Source of the DNA: a virus
Length of the DNA: 64,000 nucleotides
Direction: 5' to 3' (one strand)
IMG/VR virus record: IMGVR_UViG_3300042197_000820
Coordinates: 1-64,000 of that record
Below, piece by piece: positions 47,826 to 58,700 of this stretch (position 1 is the stretch's first letter; every line of letters begins with the position of its first letter). The notes below the pieces were generated by a model. The model ran no database searches. It was given only the letters and a program-made list of their open reading frames with translations, and was not told where the DNA came from. The translations under genes and the position numbers were made by a program.

Positions 47826-48410
47826 TCACCTCCTTCTCTTGGATTCTTGTGTAATGCGGCGAACGATTGATTCTGCGATCTCTTCTTGGACATTAGCAAC
47901 CGGACCCTTCTCCCTAGCGAACTTAGAAGTAGAACGCGCCTCTCTAGTTGCTGCTCTTGCTTCCTTAGACAGTTCGGCTAGTTGGGCGGCAAAAGCAGTT
48001 AGCAAATCTGCAAACTGTTTGTTACCCTGAGCGCGGCTAGCATAACCGGCTAGTTCTCTTGTGGTATTCGTAGCAACTTTAACCGTCTTAGCTACGTCTG
48101 CTTTAAGCGAACCCATAGCAGCGGCATCGAGGACTTCACCACCTGCTTTTCCAAGCTTGTCAAGACCGGCAGCGGCGGCTTTACCGAAAGCCTCGTTTCC
48201 TCGTTCAATAGCCGAGATACCACGATTTAGTGCGCCATATGCTTTATCTCCAACAGCACCGGCTGCTCGTCCAACAGCACCGGCTGCTTTCCCGGCGACA
48301 CCAGCTAATCCTCTAGCCGCGCCTCCGATAGCACCAAAAAGTCCTTCTTCAATAGCAGTCTGTACTTCTTCAGCAATGATTGCCTTTAGTTGTGCTTCAG
48401 TGAGTTTCAT
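47826..48410 (-). CDS. Ala/Gly-rich hypothetical protein with MKLTEAQLKAIIAEE N-terminus
   Basis: 194-aa ORF, amphipathic, in head module. Confidence 0.7.
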   Translation of the reverse strand: MKLTEAQLKAIIAEEVQTAIEEGLFGAIGGAARGLAGVAGKAAGAVGRAAGAVGDKAYGALNRGISAIERGNEAFGKAAAAGLDKLGKAGGEVLDAAAMGSLKADVAKTVKVATNTTRELAGYASRAQGNKQFADLLTAFAAQLAELSKEARAATREARSTSKFAREKGPVANVQEEIAESIVRRITQESKRRR

Positions 48411-48742
48411 TATTTATCCCCTTTAATATCAACAGATTTATGAGTAAACCGTAAACCTTCGTCGTTTACTAACATACTAAGTAGGTATGAAGTTCCCGCT
48501 GAAGTCCAGCCACAAATGAAAAAGTTTGCAACTGACTGGTCAAAACTAAATAGTTCGGTATACGGAGAAAGTAAAAATAAAAACCATCCCGCATGGAATC
48601 CGAAACACAGTGGACAATGGAATAGTTTACCAAATCCACCTAACCATTCTTTTGATGGTCTTATCTTATTAAAAATAGAAGCATAAACAACAAGGTAAGT
48701 AAGCCCATAAGAGCAGAGAATAAACCAAGCAAGTTGTAGCAT
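48410..48742 (-). CDS. membrane protein (DUF1360-like, C-P-x-C)
   Basis: Likely start MLQLAWF; three hydrophobic segments; LFHCPLCFGFHAG. Confidence 0.65.
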   Translation of the reverse strand: MLQLAWFILCSYGLTYLVVYASIFNKIRPSKEWLGGFGKLFHCPLCFGFHAGWFLFLLSPYTELFSFDQSVANFFICGWTSAGTSYLLSMLVNDEGLRFTHKSVDIKGDK

Positions 48743-48752
48743 TTTTCTTCCA

Positions 48753-49298
48753 TTAATAAGTAAAGGATTGCCAGTAATAGGCATTACCATAAGTAAACGG
48801 TGAGCCGCCAACAGTACCTTTCTTCGAAGCTTGTGGGACTTCACCAAGATTGGTAGAGTCTTCATCTGTTGGGTCAGTAAACTTATCTGTCATCATTTCA
48901 TCGTATGCTTCTACAAACTCAAAGTAAGGCTTTTCATCCTCGATGAATCGATGAATGTTTAAAAGCAATAACTTGACAACATCAAACTTTTCTGATGGAT
49001 AGTATTTACATTCCATAGAATCGTATACGTTTCCACCTTGAATGGATTCAGGATTGACTATTCCTCTTTTAGCAAGATAGTGGAATAGTCTATTCTGGGC
49101 ACCATAGACATAATCATTCATTACGTCCTTGGCATAAGCAATAACCTTCTGAGTTTTTGGCTGAACGACAATATAGATGTCGGCGTGGTCGAATACCATT
49201 ACGTCATCATTTAGGCTTTTGGCAACCTTGAGATTGACGATTTCTTTTGGCTCGATCTTTTGTGGTGCGCCGGATCCTATCTTAATCGTTATTGCCAT
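48753..49298 (-). CDS. hypothetical protein
   Basis: 181-aa ORF in head module. Confidence 0.7.
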   Translation of the reverse strand: MAITIKIGSGAPQKIEPKEIVNLKVAKSLNDDVMVFDHADIYIVVQPKTQKVIAYAKDVMNDYVYGAQNRLFHYLAKRGIVNPESIQGGNVYDSMECKYYPSEKFDVVKLLLLNIHRFIEDEKPYFEFVEAYDEMMTDKFTDPTDEDSTNLGEVPQASKKGTVGGSPFTYGNAYYWQSFTY

Positions 49299-50106
49299 TC
49301 TCAGTGATCTCCTGTGCCAAAGCTTGCAACTTTAAGACTTTCTCTAGTACTTGCTCGTTGATTGGAGTTTTCCTAAACGACTCGATTAGCTGCATAACAG
49401 AGTTTAGTTTTTGAGTGATGTTTGGATCACCACCATTATAAGTAGTTATGGCTTCTTTTATTCTATGGATCTCATCGTTCAGACACATCTGAAACTGCAA
49501 ACCGCCGTCAGAGATTGACATAACATAACTTTCGATAAGCTTGCGTTGTGATTCATTTAGTGATTGATTGTACTTGGTATTGAAGTTTTGGACAACTGTG
49601 CGATAGACCAAGTTATCAATAGGTTGCATCTCTGACTTCTTTTGTTGAGTTGGACGCTCGACCAACGTACCGATCAGCTTTCTCTCAAGAAGAACTTTTT
49701 GTTTTACGTCTGTATCCCCACCAAAAATCTGTGAGATTGTGGCAAGTGTCTTGTAGTTTGGAACAAACGTATCGAATGCATCTTGACCAATAGTTTTGTT
49801 GATCCAGTTAATCACTTTTGTTTGCTCGTTGAACAGTTCCTTTTCATCAAGTTTCTGATAAGCATTATAACTTTCTTGGATTAGCCTTGATGCTGTAAAT
49901 GAATCTAAGCTATTTGTCTCGTACAGGTTCTTGTATAGAGCCAGTTCATTTGCTAATGGTTTTCCTGCTCTAAAGAAAGCCGAAAAGACTTCTTTGAGTT
50001 GGGTTATCATTGATTTGTTCTGTTGTAATGAAGCAATAGCAAGTTGCTTTACAAGTAACTCATAAAGAAAAGCGGTGTTTCTTTTCTTATTGTGGCGCAA
50101 TCTCAT
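49282..50106 (-). CDS. conserved hypothetical protein adjacent to portal
   Basis: H.K.RNT.FLYELL N-terminus, NYK.LA.I, FN.KY..L. Confidence 0.75.
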   Translation of the reverse strand: MRLRHNKKRNTAFLYELLVKQLAIASLQQNKSMITQLKEVFSAFFRAGKPLANELALYKNLYETNSLDSFTASRLIQESYNAYQKLDEKELFNEQTKVINWINKTIGQDAFDTFVPNYKTLATISQIFGGDTDVKQKVLLERKLIGTLVERPTQQKKSEMQPIDNLVYRTVVQNFNTKYNQSLNESQRKLIESYVMSISDGGLQFQMCLNDEIHRIKEAITTYNGGDPNITQKLNSVMQLIESFRKTPINEQVLEKVLKLQALAQEITENGNND

Positions 50107-52130
50107 TTCTTTTTCTCCAATGATTCTAATAGACGATTGACTTCTTTTTGGGTTCGGAAGACTTCAGCTTCTTCTTCTAAATAAGTAGTTGTTGAGCCTT
50201 CATAGATTTTAGCAGAAGCTAAACCAGATAGTTCTTTTCTACCGGGATTCATAGTTCTTGCTGTGATCCCTAAAGCTGCTTCTGGGAATGCTACGGATGT
50301 GCGGTTTTTCTGTCTTGCAACAGAACCCTTATTTCTACCACCCGGTTTCTGACCGTAGTAGTAGGATTTTCCGCTTGGCCCACGACGGAGGTATTCTTTA
50401 CGCCCGTGGAGGCCGACTCTATAGGCCCCTTCTTCGTCTTCCTGTAATGGGGCTTCCCCACCGGGGGCACCACCGGGAGCAGCGAGAAGAGGTTCTTCGG
50501 CACCAGCTTCTTCAGGTGCGGGTGCTTCTGCGGCGGCTTCAGGAGCGGCCTCGGCACCAGCCTCGGCACCAGCTTCCGCTCCCAAATCTCCAAGGCCACC
50601 ACCAGCTTCTCCACCAAGCTCGCCTCCAAGACCAGCACCTAGACCACCGCCGCCACCGAGACCAGCAGCCTCTTCTTGCATCTTCTCAGCGACAGCGTTG
50701 ATCTGTGCGTCGAACTTGCGATCATAGAAGATCTCGCGTTGATTGCGAAGGAACTCTTCTTCTGACATGTTGAACAGCTTCTCAGCAATCCAACGGCGTG
50801 AGAAGTAGCCTTCGGTTGCTTTGCTAGCAACGTCAAACTTGCTTGACCAGTGTTCTAGTTCTTGCATTTCTGCAATCTTGGATGGATTATTTAGGCTAAG
50901 AGAGAAGTTGAGTAGATCATCCCCTCTGTAGCCAATAGTATAAAGATGGATAATACCAATCTTTTCTAGTTCTGATACGACAATCCTTTGTAGTCTTTGG
51001 ATTGTTCTAGCAAAGCGAATGTCTTTTTGAGCTAGCGTAGTCTTATCTTCTTCTGCACCTTCTGCTCTTGAGATGTAAGAAGCTGGAATCTTGAGGGCAG
51101 AGAACAACTTGTCGCGAAGATACTTAACGTCATCAATGTCACCAGTGAAAGTACCACCAGCCAAAGAAGTGATTTCTGTTGCTGAGCCACCACGAACAGG
51201 AATATAGTAATCCTCTTCTACCGAAAGTGGATTGTAACGAAGATCGACGCGGCCTGTGGTATCGTCCAAGATAGTGTTACGCTTCATTGAAGTAATAACC
51301 TTTTGAACATATTGTTCTACTTCGTTTGGAGGAATACCACCAACGTCAATCTTGAATACACGACGTTCTGGGGCACGAACAATACGGTAAGCCATCATAG
51401 CATCTTCTAGAAGTGTTAGCTGACGCCAAATACGACGAGCAGCTTCTAGGACTGATGTACCATAAGGAGCGTACTTGTCATTTCCAAGAATGCGGAAGTG
51501 AGCGACCTGCCAGTTTTCGAATGTCATACCAGCAGAGTTCCATTGGAACTGAACGTAGTTTGGGTTTGTTTTGTCTTCACCTTCTAATCTTTCTACTTCT
51601 TGTGGAGGCAGACCGATTGCGCTTGTGATACCTTGGTGATCATCGATATCGAGGTATAGAAAGAAATCGCCATACTTGCACATTGTACGGCACCAACCAA
51701 AAAGATTGAAGTTGGCATTTAGCACATTATGGTAGAGAGATTGTAAAACCCCTTTGATTTCTTCGTTGCGGCACTTGATGTTCAACATTGGTTGCAGAGC
51801 AGAGTGTGTTGTCATTTCGTCTGCATAGATGTCAAGTGCAGATGCAATCTCAGGTGTGTATTCCATTTGATCAAAGTCAACATAACGCTCTGAGCGATTA
51901 TGGTTGATCATGATAGCATTCTGCATATTTGAGAATGCGTATAGTTGTGAACGCTTGAACTGCTGTCCCGAAGCTGATCGGAACTGCGATGCGTACTTGT
52001 CCATCAAGGAACGACGCAATCTTCTAGTCGATTGTGTACGATAGTTTACGAGAGGACCAGAGAATAATCTTGTTAATCTCTGGAATAGTTCTGATCCCGG
52101 ATCTCTTGGGTTTTTGTCTTGCTTTGCCAT
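50103..52130 (-). CDS. portal protein (T4 gp20-like)
   Basis: PEIASALDIYADE, QLTLLEDAMMAYRIVRAPERRVFKIDVG, EEDYYIPVRG, ALKIP. Confidence 0.95.
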   Translation of the reverse strand: MAKQDKNPRDPGSELFQRLTRLFSGPLVNYRTQSTRRLRRSLMDKYASQFRSASGQQFKRSQLYAFSNMQNAIMINHNRSERYVDFDQMEYTPEIASALDIYADEMTTHSALQPMLNIKCRNEEIKGVLQSLYHNVLNANFNLFGWCRTMCKYGDFFLYLDIDDHQGITSAIGLPPQEVERLEGEDKTNPNYVQFQWNSAGMTFENWQVAHFRILGNDKYAPYGTSVLEAARRIWRQLTLLEDAMMAYRIVRAPERRVFKIDVGGIPPNEVEQYVQKVITSMKRNTILDDTTGRVDLRYNPLSVEEDYYIPVRGGSATEITSLAGGTFTGDIDDVKYLRDKLFSALKIPASYISRAEGAEEDKTTLAQKDIRFARTIQRLQRIVVSELEKIGIIHLYTIGYRGDDLLNFSLSLNNPSKIAEMQELEHWSSKFDVASKATEGYFSRRWIAEKLFNMSEEEFLRNQREIFYDRKFDAQINAVAEKMQEEAAGLGGGGGLGAGLGGELGGEAGGGLGDLGAEAGAEAGAEAAPEAAAEAPAPEEAGAEEPLLAAPGGAPGGEAPLQEDEEGAYRVGLHGRKEYLRRGPSGKSYYYGQKPGGRNKGSVARQKNRTSVAFPEAALGITARTMNPGRKELSGLASAKIYEGSTTTYLEEEAEVFRTQKEVNRLLESLEKKK

Positions 52131-52133
52131 TTT

Positions 52134-53720
52134 CTATCCCTTTAGTAACCAACTGAAGTTTCTTTGTTCCAACGCTCTGTCCCAAGTACTTTGTTTGAAT
52201 CCATTTATGTTATGTCCCCTCATACCGGGGATGGAAGTAACAAAGACGCTATTTGCGGAATACATAGAATCTACGATTGCTTTTTTATACTCTATTTCTC
52301 TTTGATTTACTGTTAGTGCTGTATCCTTGACCCAGCAGCTAATCGCTAATGACATAACTAGATCGTCGTGGTATGATCTCATCGCTTGGGCACGATTATC
52401 ATTCCAGATGAATGTTTTGAACTCAGCAGCCAATCTAGAGGAATACGTCTTGATAGATTTGTTTCTAATGAACTCTTCTAGCTTGGCTACAATCAAAGGT
52501 CTTGTCTTAGACGAGGTAGTAAATCCTGCTATTACTCTATCGGAATCAAACGTTTCGCTGGAGTCAACGAAATCATGTGTTCCTTTAGCAGAGTAGTATA
52601 TGTTAGGATAACCCATTTCCTTTAGCTTTTCAAGTACAGAAATGCCTAAAGAGTTATTTTCTACAACTAATAAACAGTTGCCGAACTCTCTACCCGTATT
52701 ATATAGGAGATAAGCAAAATCTCCAAGAGTTGGCTTTCCTTGGTACTCACCAATAACTTCCATAGTTTCTAGTTTTGTTAAGTGGAATACTGAGTTGTCG
52801 GCACCGTCACCGCGAGCAACGTCTGCCACCAGTAGATAAGTGGCAGTAGAATCGTACTGTTCCCACATCCATAGGTTTCTGTCAAAGCCTGTACGGTATA
52901 CTGGCTCACGGATTTCAGAATCAATCCTAGCTAGTTGTTCAGATGGAATGACAGTTTCGCCCGAAGAGTTGAATGAACATTCTAACTCCTGAGCAATCTG
53001 TCTAGCAGACATGTTTCTTGTTTCTTTTTCGAACCAAGCTTGATCTCTGTCTGGATGTACATTCCAAGGTAGATTGATTGGATGGAAATCATTCTTTCCT
53101 ATCTCGGCTTCGGAATAGGTCTTATGAAACCAGTTGCCAACACCATTGGGGCTTGACAAGGCAATGCAACGACCACCAGTTGACAATGTAGGGTATAGAC
53201 CGGTCCATAGTTCGTCTAGACCTTCAACGAATGCAGCCTCGTCAATAACAAGCAATGACAAAGCTTCTGAACGACCGGCATCACCAGACGTAGAAGAAGC
53301 CTTTACTTGAGAACCATTCGTGAGTTCGAACGAGCTTCTGTTATCAGCTTTGATGTCAGAAATCCTCAACCACTTGGGAAGATTCTGCATGATGTTCTTT
53401 ACTTTCTTGACCAAGTTAGCAGCAACAGTAAACTTGGTAGCAACTACTAGAACGTTTTTATCTCTATGAAACAATAAAAGCCAAGCAATGTAGGCTGCGG
53501 TAACCGTCGAGAAACCTAACTGTCTGGCTTTTAGTACAATGTTGAATCGATAATCAGTGAAGTCTTGAATAGCTTCTTTCTGAAAATCGTAGAGGCTGAA
53601 TGGGATAAGACCTTTTTGGGGGTGTGAAATCTTACAATAGCTGTTTATGAAATAGACCGCATCTTTACCGGATTTGACTATTTCTTTTAGTGTTTCCTGC
53701 TTTGTAAGGACTTGGCTCAT
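52134..53720 (-). CDS. terminase large subunit (gp17-like)
   Basis: LYDFQ, KARQLGFST, LLVIDEAAF, SSPNG, QELECSF, DVARG, VENN, HDDLVMS. Confidence 0.95.
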   Translation of the reverse strand: MSQVLTKQETLKEIVKSGKDAVYFINSYCKISHPQKGLIPFSLYDFQKEAIQDFTDYRFNIVLKARQLGFSTVTAAYIAWLLLFHRDKNVLVVATKFTVAANLVKKVKNIMQNLPKWLRISDIKADNRSSFELTNGSQVKASSTSGDAGRSEALSLLVIDEAAFVEGLDELWTGLYPTLSTGGRCIALSSPNGVGNWFHKTYSEAEIGKNDFHPINLPWNVHPDRDQAWFEKETRNMSARQIAQELECSFNSSGETVIPSEQLARIDSEIREPVYRTGFDRNLWMWEQYDSTATYLLVADVARGDGADNSVFHLTKLETMEVIGEYQGKPTLGDFAYLLYNTGREFGNCLLVVENNSLGISVLEKLKEMGYPNIYYSAKGTHDFVDSSETFDSDRVIAGFTTSSKTRPLIVAKLEEFIRNKSIKTYSSRLAAEFKTFIWNDNRAQAMRSYHDDLVMSLAISCWVKDTALTVNQREIEYKKAIVDSMYSANSVFVTSIPGMRGHNINGFKQSTWDRALEQRNFSWLLKG

Positions 53721-54259
53721 GAGTCTCGTCTTGTATCATTCTTCGGACGAGTCCCTAAGCCTCCTTGTTCTAAGAAGGAGCGGAACTTTGCATCGACTGA
53801 ATCTTTGCTCTCGCCCTTTACTGGATCGGTGCCTTGTGCCCCACCAATCTTGTAGGCTCTGTGTGCTGTAACCCAGTAGCGAATACTAGAAGTGTTTTCT
53901 GCACGGACTTTTACTTCGTCGAGTGGTGTCAGAGTTAGAGAACCCTTAGCCTTTGAGTATCCGCTGTATTCTTTCTTGATGAAGTTGGCAATGTCTTGGA
54001 TTCGTTGTTCAATCTCTGATTCTAGACTACCACTATAAATCTCTTTTAGTAAGATCTCAGAGTGGTATTTGATGATCAGTTGATCACCGTGAAACTGTAC
54101 GCCGAAACCATCCATAACTCTTTTATCGAGTAAGGGGTTACCTTCTTCGCGTCTGAGACCTATCTTGACTGGTTCGCCTTTCTTATTTCTGGCACCATCA
54201 TAGCCTTGCTCAGCGACGATTTGCGAGATTGTTTGTACTACTTCAAGTATTGTTGCCAT
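53717..54259 (-). CDS. hypothetical protein
   Basis: 180-aa ORF coupled to terL. Confidence 0.7.
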   Translation of the reverse strand: MATILEVVQTISQIVAEQGYDGARNKKGEPVKIGLRREEGNPLLDKRVMDGFGVQFHGDQLIIKYHSEILLKEIYSGSLESEIEQRIQDIANFIKKEYSGYSKAKGSLTLTPLDEVKVRAENTSSIRYWVTAHRAYKIGGAQGTDPVKGESKDSVDAKFRSFLEQGGLGTRPKNDTRRDS

Positions 54260-54650
54260 TTTTATTGGGCCTCCACCCAGATTTCCATCTTTCTTCTCTA
54301 TCTTCTACCCACTGTACATAGCAAGTGTAACAACAATCGTACTTCTTAATACAGAAATCGTCTTTGGCATCATTTTCTGCTTTGTTACAGATTGGGCAAG
54401 GGATAAAAGAACTTTCTCTAGTAAGTAGTTTTTCGGTTATAAAAAACCCGTCAGCAAAGACTTTTCGCTCTTTGTCCCAAGTATACTGGTCTTTCTCTTT
54501 GAGAAGCTTTAACTGTTCTAGGTAGATCTCTTCCTTTTCATCGTTCCAATAGGCTCGTAAGTTATCTACAGCTTCTTGTCCATACTTCTTGCCTATCATC
54601 TGCTCATATCGAGCTATTTCATTCCAATCTAACTTTGGTTGATTACTCAT
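54243..54650 (-). CDS. hypothetical Zn-binding protein
   Basis: CPIC...CC..C.VQWVE.REERW..GWRP. Confidence 0.7.
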   Translation of the reverse strand: MSNQPKLDWNEIARYEQMIGKKYGQEAVDNLRAYWNDEKEEIYLEQLKLLKEKDQYTWDKERKVFADGFFITEKLLTRESSFIPCPICNKAENDAKDDFCIKKYDCCYTCYVQWVEDREERWKSGWRPNKNGNNT

Positions 54651-55114
54651 TGTTGTTTATTCACAGCCATATTAATACCGATAGCTGTACCACCACCAAC
54701 GATGATACCTCCCAAAACACCAGCTACAATCAAGGCTGGAATATCAGTGCGTTCTATCTTGGATAGCTTCTTATTTAGGACATCAATCTGTTCTTGCTTG
54801 GAGGATAGCTGTACAAGCAGCTTATCTCGTTCTGCATCAGCAGAGATTTTATCGAGTTCTACTCTCTTGTCGCATTCTGTTTTTAGTAAAGCAGTCTGAC
54901 GTTCAAGATCTAAACTGTATTGTTGTTCTCTTAGTTCCTTATCGGAGATAAGGATAGCAGTCGCTAAGTCATCAAAGCATGTTGCTTGAAATGGAACTCT
55001 TCCATCTTTTGGTACGAGGACAAACTTCCCCTTTTGTTCTTCGCCATGTGCATTGGCGGATAGTAGTAATAGTATTAAGACAAAGACAATCTTATTCCAC
55101 ATGTTCGAATCCAA
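54647..55114 (-). CDS. exported coiled-coil membrane protein, possible spanin component
   Basis: Signal peptide, coiled coil, C-terminal Gly-rich TM segment. Confidence 0.5.
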   Translation of the reverse strand: MDSNMWNKIVFVLILLLLSANAHGEEQKGKFVLVPKDGRVPFQATCFDDLATAILISDKELREQQYSLDLERQTALLKTECDKRVELDKISADAERDKLLVQLSSKQEQIDVLNKKLSKIERTDIPALIVAGVLGGIIVGGGTAIGINMAVNKQQ

Positions 55115-55529
55115 ATATATTTGTTATTATAGAAGCCACTTCTTCTGGCTTGTCGGTTCTTTTCTTGACTATCTCCTTTACTCTCTTATCCTTCTTTTTA
55201 GAAAGATCCTTGAGTTTCTTCTGATAGTCTTTTTCGATCTTTGTTATTTGAGCTTGATACTTGACAATAGCTTCTTCTCGCTTCTTGATTTCTTCTTTAT
55301 GAACTTCTTGAAGCTTATTAATCTCTTCACCCTGTATCTTGATTAGCTCTTGATACATTTCATTATTATAACTTCTTTGATTCTTAATGGCAATAGAAAA
55401 TCCTATAATCAATCCGATTATAAGAAGTTCACGCCAATATCTGATTATCAAGTCTAGAAAGTACTTGAAATCAAACTTCTTCAGAAGTTGAACGACCGCC
55501 GCGTAGCTTGACGATAGAATCGATAACAC
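55092..55529 (-). CDS. i-spanin-like protein (N-terminal TM + coiled coil)
   Basis: LLIIGLIIGFSIAI followed by a long coiled coil; start uncertain. Confidence 0.5.
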   Translation of the reverse strand: MLSILSSSYAAVVQLLKKFDFKYFLDLIIRYWRELLIIGLIIGFSIAIKNQRSYNNEMYQELIKIQGEEINKLQEVHKEEIKKREEAIVKYQAQITKIEKDYQKKLKDLSKKKDKRVKEIVKKRTDKPEEVASIITNIFGFEHVE

Positions 55530-55680
55530 TTTGTGTCCCTATGTAAAGGCCGCTGATTAGAACCCAATCAGAGCTAGAAAGAAAGCCGATACCGGCTAAG
55601 ACGGTTGCGGTGGTCCAAACCAATAGCTTTCTAGATACTAGCTTGTTCAGACCCCAATCAATAAATGCTTTTTGTACCAT
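55471..55680 (-). CDS. holin-like small membrane protein
   Basis: SRKLLVW, two TM segments, YIG.Q..ID; likely start MVQKA. Confidence 0.6.
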   Translation of the reverse strand: MVQKAFIDWGLNKLVSRKLLVWTTATVLAGIGFLSSSDWVLISGLYIGTQSVIDSIVKLRGGRSTSEEV

Positions 55681-55703
55681 ATTCACACCTCTAATATAAA
55701 TAG

Positions 55704-58700
55704 TCATTGATTTACGAAAGCAAAACCGTCTTTATTGCCGATTTCTATAGTCATATCGACCACATCTTTCAAACTGTCCAAGTGGGAGATAACTAGAATA
55801 GTTTTGAACTGAGTCTTCAGAAGATCTAATAGTTGTGTGAATGTTTGCAAGTGGTTCTCGTCCAATGCGGTACCCGGCTCATCGAGAATCATGATGTCCG
55901 ACTTTGGAAGATTAGAAACTTGCAGTAGAGCCAATCGGATAGCCATAGCAGCCATAGTCTTTTCGGCACCGGAAGCCATAGAGAGAGGACGAGGATCTTG
56001 ATCAATGTGCTTGATCATGATATCTAGCTTATCACCCTCTTCTTCGAAGAACACGTTAAACTCAGTCAAGTTAGAAAGAATCTTGGTTATTTCTTCGTTG
56101 ATGATTGGAAGCTGCTTCTTGATAATGTCATATGCGATACCATTCGAATGCATACACCGCATGAATAGTTCATAAGCACTAAACTCTGTCCTAAGTGCGT
56201 GAAGTTCATCTTTCTGGTTTGTGAGCATTTCTAGCTTTTGTTCAGCGGATCCAATCTTGCGGTGAATAAGAGTCAAACGATCAGTACAATCATTTAGAGA
56301 CTTCTTAGCATCTTTATGAGCAATCTTAAGTCGGTTGAGAGTAACCAATAATCCTTGAGCATTCTTGATTTGCTCCTTTGTTTGTTCATAAAGAAGTTCT
56401 TTCTCTCGCAACGACTCTAGATCAGCGTTGACCTTTCGTAACTCAAACTGACCGCGTTCAACATGGAAATCTAGATTCTTGATCTCACCAAGAAGCTGTT
56501 CTTTCTTGGCCACAATCGAAGTGTACTTTTCCAAATCGGCTTGGATAGAATCTGGCTTTGCCTCTGCGATCTTTTCTTGTAGAGAGGTAGCTTGTTCTGA
56601 CTTCATTTGTATAGATTCAGATGCTTCAGTCGCATCACGAATAAACTTACACTTTGGGAACTGCGTACCGCAGGGAATCCCATCTAATAGAGAAGTCTTA
56701 CTAGAAGCTAGCTTGATTTCCCTTTCGATTGTAGTTAGTTGTTCTTGAAGAACTTTGACGTTTTCTCTGCGAACAATCAGTCCTTGGTAATCATAAGACT
56801 CTAAGAATGTATGAATCTTTTCCAATAGTGCAAGATTATCAGCGATCTTAGTCTGATTCTCCATAATCTGTCCGTCTGTTGTGAGGGCTAGTAGCGAATA
56901 CTTAGAAATAAGGTTGCGTAGCTCAGCACCGTCGATGACTTCAGTGGAAGAAGCCTTGATTTGCTCTTCAACCGCCTTTATCTCAGTTTCTATCTCCAGA
57001 ACTCTTTGTTCCAACAACTTGCATTTCTCAAGCATAACTGTTAGCTCAGCTTCGCTATCAGAAAGTTCGGAATGCGCTACTGCAATCTCAGAGTCGAAGT
57101 TTCTCCCCTCTAGACGACGTAAGGCACCCTTAAGATCAGAGCTATCGTCTTTTGCTAACCTAAACTTCTTTTCGAAGATTTCTAGATCCAAGAACTTTGC
57201 AATGATTTCCTTTCTCTTGGTGCTTCCTTCCCTCACAAATGCTAGACCATCTAGCTGGCTAGACATAGAAGTGTTTAGGAAGTCATCGATTGTTCCGAAA
57301 ACACGACGAATATTATGGTCTGTTTCGACACGCGAAACTCCATTCATAGATTCCTTGGTATCAGAAATAGTGCATTCCTTTACGAAGTCAAGTTCTACTT
57401 TAGCTTCCTCAACAACTTCAGTTTTTGTCTTCTTCTTGTACTTTGTAAGGCTTCTTTCAATCGAGAAGATATCAGTATTGACTGCAATCTTGACCAAGCA
57501 GGAAGCTGAAAGCTTCTGCTGGTTAATCACATTAATGTTCTTCCTTTCGTTTTTGGAAGTTGTGTTGAAGATAGTGAATAGCAAGGAATCGATAATGCTT
57601 GACTTACCTGAGAAGTTCTTGCCGAAAATACCGACAATACCAGACAGACTTTCAAAATCAATCCGATTCTTCTCACCATAGTTGAACAGATTATCCCATT
57701 CAAGAGACTTGATTTGCCAGTTGATGTTACGACCAACTTCTTCTGTCTCTTCGACAATAGCTGAATACTTCTTGTTCAGTTCTAGAACCTTTTGGATAAC
57801 TTCTTCGGTACACTCGTAATCCTTTAGATATTCACGAATGAACTTTTCTAAGATTGCAGGATCACGAAGATTCTCTTTAGGAACATTTGTGATAGCTGTG
57901 GAACCCAATCCTCGCTTGTTATCCGCACGGGACAGAAAGGTAACAGATTCTGGACTAAACTTATGCTTTGCTAACTCCACAGCACGACTCATCTGCTGCA
58001 CCGTGAGATTGTAGTCAGAAGCTAATCTTACTCTAGCTCCGTTCGGAACGTTTGTATTCTTTGGTAGTTGACCGGTAGAAGTAAGATTGATTGTGACAAA
58101 CGGCTTTGGATTTGCAACTTGGATGTGGCTGCAATCAAAATCGTCTTTGCCACGAATATCCCAAAGCAAATAGCCCTTATCGTTTGTCTCGCCAAAGTTC
58201 TGCTGAATAGTGGAACCGGGGTAGCGCACGCGGCCCGCTGTATCCACTATTTGATTGGTCTTGTGAATATCACCAAGAAAAGCGAAATCGTGATCACTAA
58301 AAATATCGATACCATGATCTCCTCCTTGCATCGTCCAACCAATGTCGGTCTGGACTCCACCGATAGCACCGTGATAGAGGGCAATGTTGATCTTCGATGG
58401 ATCACTTGGTTTTACCCACTTATCTTCATCAAATACCGAAAGAACATTCAGCGTAACTAGTTCATTCAGTTGTACTTCGCCCGAGTTCTTCAGAAGATGA
58501 AGATTAGAATGCCCCAATGCCTGGGCGATGGGAGTAATCGCATCTTGACGGTTTGAGTTTTTTAGATTACCATCGTGGTTTCCGAGGATTACATACGTTG
58601 GTGCAATGTCGGCTAGATTAGAAAGGAAATCACTAGCCAACTCAAAAAACTCTGGTGATAACTGCGTCTTAGTATGCGCGATATCACCACAATGTACAAT

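Noticed and set aside
48320-48344. Homology to influenza haemagglutinin from GLFGAIGG
   Set aside because: An 8-residue match in a low-complexity Gly/Ala helix is not evidence of ancestry; kept only as a physicochemical analogy.
50420-50670. GC-rich repeats in portal 3' region as a mobile or regulatory repeat
   Set aside because: Explained by a Gly/Ala/Glu low-complexity tail of the portal protein.
56881-57681. 266-aa plus-strand ORF and the other plus-strand ORFs in the track
   Set aside because: All lie antisense to well-supported minus-strand genes and reflect codon bias.
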